This document shows positions 54,908 to 64,000 of a DNA stretch of 64,000 nucleotides, in pieces (the first letter of the stretch is position 1; every line of letters begins with the position of its first letter). The notes below the pieces were generated by a model. It made no database searches, had not been told where the DNA came from, and saw only the letters and a program-made list of their open reading frames with translations. This DNA is from Gonapodya sp. JEL0774 (taxonomy: Eukaryota), in NCBI GenBank assembly GCA_027604505.1, contig JADIIX010000047.1, positions 62,001-126,000 on the forward strand, written 5' to 3'. A program made the position numbers and the translations under genes.

Positions 54908-56693
54908 CTAGGCCTTGAGCGCCTTGTGCACCGCGAGGCGTTTCTATCGGCGCGGGGTGCGTGTGTGTGGAGGGGGGGGGGGGGGGTATCGCAACGAACC
55001 GTGTCAGCAAGCACACAAGCGATCGAGACGAGAGCGAGGGTAAAAAAAGCGGCCCAGACGTCCTCGCCCCGTCGCCTCCGTACCACTCCAACCCTCATAC
55101 CGCCCCCGGTCCGGTCCCACCAACCAACCCACCTCTTTCCTGGCCAGCATGACCTTGAACCTGTCAAAATCCGACAACGCCGCTCTCCTCTTCCTCCTCT
55201 CGAGTTTCTTCGCCCAGCTGGTTTTCTCCCACTTTTCTGAGACGCCTTCCTTTTCCCAGGCGCGGGCCACGGCGGGGGAACCAGAGGTGCGCGCGAGACG
55301 GATTTTCAGAGGGGTGAGGACCAGACGTTTGAACGCAAAGGATTGCCGGGGGACAGAGGTGGTGGGGCCGTCGATGAGGGCCTGAGCGGGTGAAGGGGAG
55401 GGGAGGGGAGAGGGGAGAGGGGGGGTACGGCGGTGAGATGGGGTTTGGGTGGACGGAGCGGTATGACACACAGAGTCATGACCCGGTGTGGGGGCTCCAA
55501 GGTGAACGAGGGACGACCGACGCGGTCCTGTACAGACTTATCCTGGCCAGGCACGGCTTTCGTAGCACGGTTTCCATCAAAGGTCAAACAGGTGTTCCAT
55601 GGCCTCCGGCCATGAATGGACTATCTCGCCTGGTCCGTACGAAGGTAAGGTTCAACGGTATACATGGCCTCGGCCATGAAGTGTTCCATGGTTGGGCTAT
55701 CTCGCCTCACGGCTCGCGACCATTCCGTGGTATACATGGCCTCCGGTCATGAATGGACTATCTCGCTCACGCTCGACAGGGCCTCGCCTGGCGGCTCTGC
55801 CCATCGCTCGCTACCAAACGACCAACTCACCCTGTTGTGGTCGATGATATCGACAATGACGGCCAATTTTCCGGCGTCGGGACCGTAGTTGAGGAGGACC
55901 ACTCGGCCGACTTCGACGAGGCGTTGGAAGAGCTGGGGGGGAGTGGGGAGTGGGGAGGGGTAGAGTGGGGAATGGGGAATGGGGAATGAAGGGAAAGAGT
56001 GAGCGAGTGGAGACAAGCGACAAGTGCGGTGCAAACAGGATTCCACAAGTGGGGAGCAAGAAGCGGGGGAAGAGAAGGAGAGGAAGGAATTGAGAGGAGG
56101 AGGAGCGAGGATGGCGCGGGAGAAACAAAGGGACCCGTGCATCCTCCCCGGGACACGGATGGGGGCCACACAGATGGAGGAACAAGACACGAGGCAGGCA
56201 AGTGCAGACAGACATGTGGTGGGTTCGAAGGCCGGGGGATGGAGATGGAAAAGCGAGAGTGGAGGAGGATTTGAGCATGAGGATATGAGGATTGGGGATG
56301 TTTGGTGTTGGAGGGCGTTGAGGAGTGAGGAGTGTGTTTGGAGGGTTGGTTTATGAGATGGGGAACGAGGTTGCCGGTCTGGGTGTGTGCGTCCGTGTGT
56401 GGGATGAGTTGTCTGCCGTGGATGCTGCCGGTCGTTTCCCGCTTGTGTCTGTTGGTCCCGTCCACCCGTCCCCCCGTCCACCCGCTGTGCAGCCGTCCTT
56501 TCCTGTGCAGCCGTCCCTATGCCATCCATCCGGTTCCCACACTCGACTCCACCCCCCCATCCCACCCCACTGCACCCCCTTGTTGCCCACATCCATCCAT
56601 CGCATCCTGCGCTCTGCCAGTGGCGGCTTCCCGCACTCCACATCCACAGCATCTCCACCGCTGTGCTGCCCCAGTCCCCACTTTGCTCACCAT
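54908..56693 (-). CDS. RPL14: 60S ribosomal protein eL14 (exons: ATG 56693-56691, 55932-55831, 55381-55133, 54943-54908)
   Basis: [41 protein letters not shown]...[27 protein letters not shown] immediately followed by donor GTGAGC. Confidence 0.95.
55591..55800. repeat. Three tandem imperfect palindromic repeats (CATGGCC-TCC-GGCCATG + CTATCTCGC) inside RPL14 intron 2
   Basis: Hairpin cores at 55598-55614, 55663-55678 and 55735-55751, each followed by TGG(A/G)CTATCTCGC. Confidence 0.9.
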
Positions 56694-57243
56694 CGATGCG
56701 TCGTTGTCTGCTTGCTGGGGGATGCGGACTTGGGCTTCCCTTTGTGGCTCTGGCCAACACACACACACACACAAGATATTGTGGCACGTCTTGTTTTGGT
56801 TTCCCCTCTTGTGCAATTCGCTCACTGCCATTCTCAACTTTGGAATTTAAATAATTTCGGAATCTATTACTCCTCCTCTGTGCCCCCCCACCCAACGCCA
56901 CCCCACGCCAAAGTCCTCCTTGTTCTCCAAGGAATGAGCGTCGGTTCGTTTACATAATACAATGCAAATTTCTCAATAATTTTTGGACATGGGTACCTAT
57001 TGCCTGCAGTGAATGGTCCCTGGAGGTGTGTGGTGGGAGGGGTGACGTCATTCCTGCACATCCACCAAACCTCCAACCCCATCCCCCAATCCCAACACCC
57101 AAAAACCAACACCCCCCTCACTCACTCACCCATGCTCGGCCCTTAGCAAACACGGGCGGGGCCCGCGCCCCCCCCCCCCCCACAACCCCCCCCCCCTAGG
57201 ACTAAAACACATCGACTCAGAAACAGCAGCAGGACCACCTCGA

Positions 57244-57253
57244 NNNNNNNNNN
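57244..57253. other. Assembly gap whose two flanks overlap (probably a false gap)
   Basis: CCCCTCACTCACTCACCC(A/C)TGCTCGGCCC occurs on both sides, at about 57114-57142 and 57254-57282. Confidence 0.85.
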
Positions 57254-57271
57254 CCCCTCACTCACTCACCC

Positions 57272-58376
57272 CTGCTCGGCCCGTCCCACCCTCCCCCCCC
57301 ACCACCCCCCCCACCACTCCCCTACCGTGAAGGTCGCTCCAAGCTCCTCTGCTCCCGCTGCCTCGTGCCCTCCACCCTCGACCCCTCCAACTGGCGCCGC
57401 GTGGTCATCGACCGCATAATCCACGCATCCTCAGCCTCAGAGCAGAACGACGTACAGAGGATGTTCGCCTGTAACGACTGTTTGCTCAGGAGTAGGAGGG
57501 AGGCACCCAGGGAGGAGAAGCTGTGAGTCTGAGTCTGAGTGGCCAGGGTCCACAGTCCCCAAGTGGGGCACCCTGGCCCGGACGCAAGGGAGCGAAGCGA
57601 AGTGGGAGTCGTCTGGTGTCTGTGTCGGGGGCTGTCCTGTGCCCCGCCGACCATCTCGTCCCCGAACCCGCCCGCCCGCGCACCCCGCGTACCAAGTCCC
57701 ACTCACTCGCTGACTGTTGATCGTCATACCCCTCTCACCCTTCCATCCAGCGCCAAAGTCTGCTCGGCCTGTCAACTCCGCCTTCATAAATGCGAGGTGG
57801 GTTCGGGCTTTGTTGTTCGTCGGTCTCGGTCGGGGTCCACACAACCATGTCCACAAACGACATCCATCTCGCGCCTTAGTACTCCGCCAGACAGTGGAAA
57901 GAAAAGTGAGTCGCGCCTTTCCCCCCCACAACCACAACCGCGCCGTTTCTTTTGTTCCTCACAGCTGGTCCACACACAATACACTCGGCGCCCCAACCTC
58001 GCCACCGCTAGCGAACAACCCCGCTGCGAGATGTGCGTCAAGCTGGACATGGACGTGGCGAAGGCGGTCGTGTGTGAGTTGGAGATGGCGGGCCGAGAAA
58101 GGGAGGAGAGGGGGAAAGGGTTGTGGTGAAGTGGAGGATGGGCACGTCACGAACGATCGGGACCAGAGCATCGTCTCGGTCACGGACAATTCTCATCTGA
58201 TATTTCCCCTCCTTCCCCTCCTCCTCCCCTCCCTGTTCTTTCTCGGGTTCCTGTTTACTCGACCGGCGTTCGGGGTCTCCACGTATCCCGTCTCGGGGTG
58301 CTCGGGTGTTCGGGTCCGCGTGTTTGGAACGGTGCCCCGACGCTGCACAGGCGACCCGTACGCGATCGACGAGTGA
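57272..58376 (+). CDS. Tandem 4xCxxC zinc-finger protein, Stc1-domain-like (exons 57272-57522, 57751-57796, 57891-57905, 57965-58073, 58351-58376; alternative stop at 58129)
   Basis: Canonical GT-AG introns join KLLCSRCL...FACNDCL...KVCSACQ...TVERK...PRCEMCVK. The start reads CTG after the gap but ATG in the overlapping pre-gap copy (57132). Confidence 0.65.
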
Positions 58377-59188
58377 TGGGCGACGGTGGACTCGGGGCGG
58401 ACGGGAAGGAGGACCATGTGGGCGTAGAAAAACACGAGATGACGGGAAATGGGAGCTTGCGGGCGTAAAATCACACGAGACCAAGTCGTAAACTCAAACG
58501 ACGTGAAGGGCTTCAGAGGGCAGAGAGGAGATCAAGAACCTGTAGATTTGGACCGACTCGAGACATTTTTTTTTTCTCTTCCTTCTTTGTTTCTTCGATC
58601 TTGTGCAAAACTGTATGTAACACACGTGAGAACAGAAAAACACCCACAATTACCAAACTTGCCACATTGGGCGTTGCGGTTCAGGTCGGTGATTGAACTC
58701 ACTGCCCGCGGATGTTCCCAAATAGGAAGTGAGTCTGTGGGCCCGCCCGGTGCTCGAACCGTCACACGATCGCCTGAGGACCTTCATGTGGGATGATTGG
58801 TACCACTAGAGAGCCAGTTGATCAACACACGAGTCATGGTTGAACCATGGTCGATCTCCCAGCCGGAAAGAACCAAATTAGGAGAACCTATTTTACAGGT
58901 AATTCTATCTTGCACTCGCGAGGTTACACCACTCCAACTCGAGCTCACGAATCGGACGCAAGCAGTCGGTCTCAGTTGCTGATGGATCGCTTTTTCTTTC
59001 CTCCTCTCACACGAACCACCCAAATACGGTTACTATTATACTTAGGCTCTGATAAAGATATACATGCCAGATTAATTCTGGGAGTTGGTAGTACCGCGCA
59101 TTATATTGTGTGCGTACAGTTTAGTGGGCCCAAACCCCGAGCTCCGAATGCCCCACTGAACCAGTGTCTGTCGAAAACAAACCCAACG

Positions 59189-62100
59189 ATGGCAACCGTG
59201 AGCCCCATCCGGGGTTCAGGCGCCTCGCCCATGCGCAGGAATGCATCTCCTCCGGGTCGCAGCCGTGTTGCGTCTCCAGTGCGCACAAATCTCGCTCCCA
59301 ATAATCCCGCGCTGTCAGCGCTCAACCCTCCAACAGCTTCTCTTGACCAAACCATGAGACTTATTCGCCATCGACTTGATATGCTGGACTACAGGGACCC
59401 TTTTGACATCGAATCACTCCCCCTTATTTCCAAAATCTCTCTCGACCTTGTTCAAACCACTGAATCACTGCGCCGTGCAAAATCCGACCGGGATCGCTTA
59501 GAGAAGGACAAGCGCTCTGCTGAAGAGCAAGTTGTGCCTCTACGGCAGGAGATTGGGCGCTTAACTGCAGAAAACAATCGGCTTCATGTGGAGCTCATAA
59601 AAGCTGCGGATACTCGCGATGCGCGAGAGAAGGAGACGCTCAAGCTTGTGCGCAAACTGGAAACGGAGCTTTCTGATGCTCGGTTTATGAACTCTCAGTA
59701 CCTTCAAAAAATTGCCGCGGAACAGCAAAGGGCCGATCGTGAGCGCTCAAAAGTGGAGGAGCTGCTCTCGAAGATGGGTTACTTTGAGCGTTCGGACGGG
59801 AAAGGTCCTATCAGAGTGCCTGCCACTAAGGAGAAACTTTTCCAGAGAATGCAGAACATTGATTTAGAAACAGGCTTAGGTGAGTTGTATAATCCTCCGC
59901 TGAACAAATGTGGAGGACCGAGCTCACCCGCTCACAGAACCCATGAAACCCGGAACTGCACCGAAGCTCGGACCGGATCCAGTCGCTGTGGATGTTGCCC
60001 CAATGTATCAGGCGCGTGTGGAGGCGCTTGAGAAGGAAGTTTCCGATGTCAAGATGCGCAGTGGGGATTTGGAGAACGAGGTTCGCGATGCTAACTGCGC
60101 TCATTCCGAATGCACATATTTTAATCTTTTGTTGCCTAGATTGAAACTTTGCGCTCTCAGCTCTCTTCCCGAGACCAGGAGATCCAGCGACTGGGTTCTC
60201 AACTGGAAGTTGCCCAGAGCAACCAGTTTTCGCACACCGTATCCCGTGTTCCTGTGTCGCGCTCGCCAGTACCCTCGTCGGGAGTCAAGACGGAACCAGA
60301 ATTGGCTGATTCGAACCTTGAGTTACCTGCCGCAAGGAGGAGAATCGCGCAGTTAGAAACACAGGTGGAATATCTACAAGAGCACGTCGAGGATTTGGAA
60401 AAAGTGAGTCTACATTGGAGTGGTGGTGCTTAAAGTAGTCTCGAGAGTTTCTTGCCGTGCGCATTTTCATTCATTGGACTTCCTTCACTCACACATTCAG
60501 GAGCTCTCCACCGTATCTCAAACTCGTCTCGCGTCCTTATCCGCCGCCCAGTCTCGATCCTCTGAGCTCGAAGATGACCTTGCTAGAGAGCGAGAGAGAG
60601 CTGCCACTCTGCTGAAGAATCTTAACCGGTTAGAAGGAATGGTGAATGAGATGCAGGGGTTGCAGCCCGTGGACGTGAAGAGACCAGGACAGAAGCCCAA
60701 ACCAAAGCCTATGCTGAGACAACCGAATACCGGCGGACTAGACAAGGTGACGTGAACGTTGATAGATCTCCTCTAGGTACCTCAACTTACCTCTGGTCTC
60801 AGACTCCAGCTGCGAAGGTAAAGGAGCTTGAGAAGCGGATTAAAGTACTAGAGAGGGAGCTATCGGAATCTACAAAGAACGTGGAACAGATGAAAGGGGA
60901 TATTGAATGTGAGGGCCAAGTGCAAGTTAGTGATTGCAGAACATCGGACTGAGCAGAAACTCAGTGAAAACGCAAGACCTCACACGAACACAAACCGCCT
61001 TGGCTGATAGCAACCTTAAAATGAGCCGGTTACTACAGGAGCGAGTTATCGCAGTATCTGGTGAGGGTGAAGCCCGAGACATTCGTAGGGCTGCGGAAGA
61101 CCATCTTAGACGGACCGAGGGCGAGATGGACCGAATGAAAACCCAAGTGAGCGAATTAGAAATTATAGATAGCGGAAAATTCTCTAACGGTCCTCTTCTG
61201 ACTCTTCTGCCAACAGCTGGCATCTGCTGATGCGTTACGGACAGAATTGGCAGGACAGACTCGACTGATTGAATCGCTCGAGAAGACAGTTTCAGAACAG
61301 GAAGGGAGAATACAATTGATGCAAGAGGAGATCACGCGAAGAGAAAGGGGTGAGGCGAACGTGAGTCTGAATGATTCTGATATCCGTCCCACGTTCGCCG
61401 ACAACGTGATTGGTTCCAAAGGCGAACATTACATCTCAGAAATTGCAAGAGGAGCTTACCGTGATACGAAGGTATTTTCTTTTGATAAATTGGTGGATTT
61501 AAGTTCATCTGCAGCTCAGTTCGCGATATATCTGAACCGATAGAGAACGCGATGAGATGCTCGCGGGCTTGCAGAGGTTTGAGGTCCAAATAACTGAACT
61601 CCACACTCATGCAGAAGAGATATCAAACGATCGAGATAACTACGTGCACAAATTTGGAGAGGTGGTTAAGCACTGAGATTTCGTCCACCTTTGTTTCATT
61701 GACGTGAATCCATTTTCTGCAGGCTACGGAGCGTATCATGGAGCTTCAACAAAAGCTTGAGGAACAACGTGCCAATCATGAACCTCCAGCACCGACAGTC
61801 GGTGATGCTGGTATGACACTTTCGTCATTGAGGGCAATGCTTCCTGGAGATCGGGAGAAAGAGCTAGTGCGACAAGTGGAGGAGTCTATCGGAAGGAACA
61901 GAGACTTAACGGAGCAATTGAGACAAGAAAGGGAAAGAAGCTTGTTGTTGGAGGCGGAGTTGACGGGGAAAGTGAGGGAACTCGAGGTACAGCGCGATGG
62001 GTGAGTCCGGAACTGCTTCGGACAGCCCGTTGTTTGCCCGCATTGATTGCCATTCCTCAGGTTGCGTCGGCAACTTGATGAAACGGAACAGACACTTCGG

Positions 62101-64000
62101 AGACTCCGGGAGGTAGAGCCAGCCATCAACCAGTTGCGTGTGGACATTGCCGATCGAGACAAGATGATTGATGAGCTTAGATTACAAGCATTAAACCTTC
62201 AAGCCGAGAAGTCGAAGGAGGTAGGCGCTCAGGACAAAGAACTGACGCGTTACTTCCTGAGCAGATATTAACCTGTGTTCCATCCGTAGTCGGAAACTAA
62301 ATCCACTCTTCGAACTCATCTCAACGACGTTGAAAGTAAGTTGGGGCGCACGGAGGCAGAGTTACAAAGGGTGAGGTACGAATACGAGCAGCAAGCTCAA
62401 CGATTGGATCAGCAGCGGAGGGCCCTCACAGAGTTGGACCGGGACCGGGATGCGGTGAGAGCAGATGCAGACCAAAAGACAGAGACCGTCGCAGAGCTGC
62501 AAGGTTGGTAAGGGACCCATCACTCGAAGGTACTAGTTTGAAATAACAACCTTGCTTCTCAAAGCATATGTTCAGCGACTCCGAACAGAGGTTATAAGTT
62601 CCCAGCGGGAAATTGATGTCCTCCGCGATAAGCTCGACTCAACTACTCACCAAGTTAGTGAAAGTGAACATGAGATTGCCAGCTTGACGAGGCAGGTGTC
62701 CATTCTTTCTCGGGATCGGGAGCAGTTTTCCACGGTCGCACAGGTACGTCCAAAATTGGTGTCACACTTCTTTGGGCGTTTTCACAATGGGGTAACCACT
62801 GGTTACCCGTGCAGCAAAATGCGGAAGAAGTTCGAAACATAAGTGCAGACCTGGCAACAATGACACGAGAGAACCAGCTTCTAAACACCGAAATTGCGGA
62901 GGTAAACCAAATTTTCTTGAGTCGCTTGAGCCTTTTTGTTTTAAAAGATCTTGAGAAATAGATTGTGCGCGAACGGGATCGAATACGGAAAGATCTTGAG
63001 GACAGCGACAAGCAATTGCGATACTTGGATGATCTTGTTCGGTCGAGAGATCACGAAAAGGATCAACTGATGACCGCATACGAGAAACTTGTTAACGATC
63101 ATGACCGTTTGGAGGGAATAATCAAGGATTCAAGCTACGATATGAGCAATGCCAGGTGCGCGGATTCAGTTTTCGTTCCGAATTCTGCAGTTTACGACCT
63201 TCTTTGGTAAACCCACAGAATGGAGGTCTTGCTAAGAGACAAGAAGGTTCAGAGTCTACAAAAGGCGCTAGAAGAGGCATCTGATGAGATCAAACAACTC
63301 AAAATTGATTTAGTCGCGTTTGAGAAGCAAACAACACGTAAGCGCGCAACGTCTTGGTTTTAGCGCTACAGCAACCCGCAGTCTTTGTACTTTGCTTTTG
63401 GCAGACATGGCCCGCTCACTTTCCACTGCAGAGAAGGACATGAGACAACTGGAGGTATTTTCAGATGAATGCCTTTCCGATATTGAACGGTCGCTCATAT
63501 TTGCTTATGTTGTCCCACCAGATGGAGAAGGGAAAGCTACTTCGCGACATTGCAGCCTCCCGTGATTTTGCCTTTTCGGTGGACCGCTCAAAGGACGATG
63601 TCCAAAAGCACATGACAACATTGCAAATTGAAGTGGATAGTCTCAAAGCCACCATCAGAAGGCTCGAAATCGACAATGAGGCTCTCTCCAGTCAAGTGAG
63701 ATCTGAGGTCAGTTTTGCACTTCCAAAACTCCATTGCCACGGCTAAATCCAAAACTCCGCCATCTCAGAGGTTAAAAGGTGAGAGACTCGAGCACTTGAT
63801 TGCCGTGGAACGGACGAAACAATTCCACAGCGACAAGACTTCCAAGGTGAGCCTCAAGTGTACCAGTGATCCGTTCTCACAGTAATCCAACGGACAACCG
63901 CAGGAAACCGGCAACTCTCAAGAGTACCTAGTGGAACAACTGCAATCCCTGAACAAACAACAGAGCTTGTCGCTTGCAACAGTTACCAAAGAGCTTCGAG
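59189..64000 (+). CDS. CEP135: Centriole protein CEP135/Bld10 (3'-partial, runs off the window)
   Basis: IRHRLDMLDYRDPFDIESLPLISKISLDLVQTTESLR...VPLRQEIGRLTAENNRLHVELIK matches the CEP135 N-terminus, followed by extended coiled-coil exons. Confidence 0.88.

Noticed and set aside
55591..55800. CRISPR-like look of the palindromic repeat-spacer pattern
   Set aside because: Only three degenerate units, spacers share sequence with each other and with the repeats, no cas genes nearby, and it lies in a spliceosomal intron.
56758..56773. (CA)n tract upstream of RPL14
   Set aside because: Ordinary short microsatellite with no evidence of function.
55747..56901. 384-aa ORF running through RPL14 intron 1 into exon 2
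   Set aside because: Low-complexity G/C-rich intron sequence depleted of stops; the real ATG at 56693 has a canonical donor and is in a different frame.
57114..57282. Apparent direct repeat around the second gap
   Set aside because: Best explained as overlapping contig ends with low-quality sequence rather than a biological duplication.
58038..58484. Minus-strand ORFs between the zinc-finger gene and CEP135
   Set aside because: They overlap the last intron and exon of the plus-strand gene and show no recognisable protein features.

Overview
Gene-dense, intron-rich eukaryotic DNA from a flagellated early-diverging fungus (chytrid-like). This is inferred from fungal-type genes co-occurring with centriole/axoneme genes CEP135, CEP70 and PIH1D3. 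I can support 24 spliced or single-exon protein-coding genes: NNF1-like, AASS, NDR kinase, DENND11/LCHN-like, GCP4, ABCG transporter, a small secreted protein, ATG13, SGT1, a mitochondrial carrier, PPIL1, CEP70-like, a PTGR-like reductase, oligopeptidase B, AOS1, CEP126-like, AGGF1-like, CTL/SLC44, PIH1D3, RAD14/XPA, a GST, RPL14, a tandem CxxC zinc-finger protein and a partial CEP135. I recognise no tRNA, rRNA, CRISPR array or autonomous transposon. The best leads are: (1) a bacterial-looking GST bracketed by a diverged duplication of the RAD14 upstream region; (2) an array of palindromic hairpin repeats in RPL14 intron 2; (3) a 50-58 kb domain of enlarged introns with G-rich 5' halves and C-rich 3' halves; (4) an Stc1-like zinc-finger gene obscured by an assembly gap; (5) an orphan secreted protein divergently paired with an ABCG exporter. 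All family calls come from my recognition of motifs, with no database search. Exon boundaries were read by eye.
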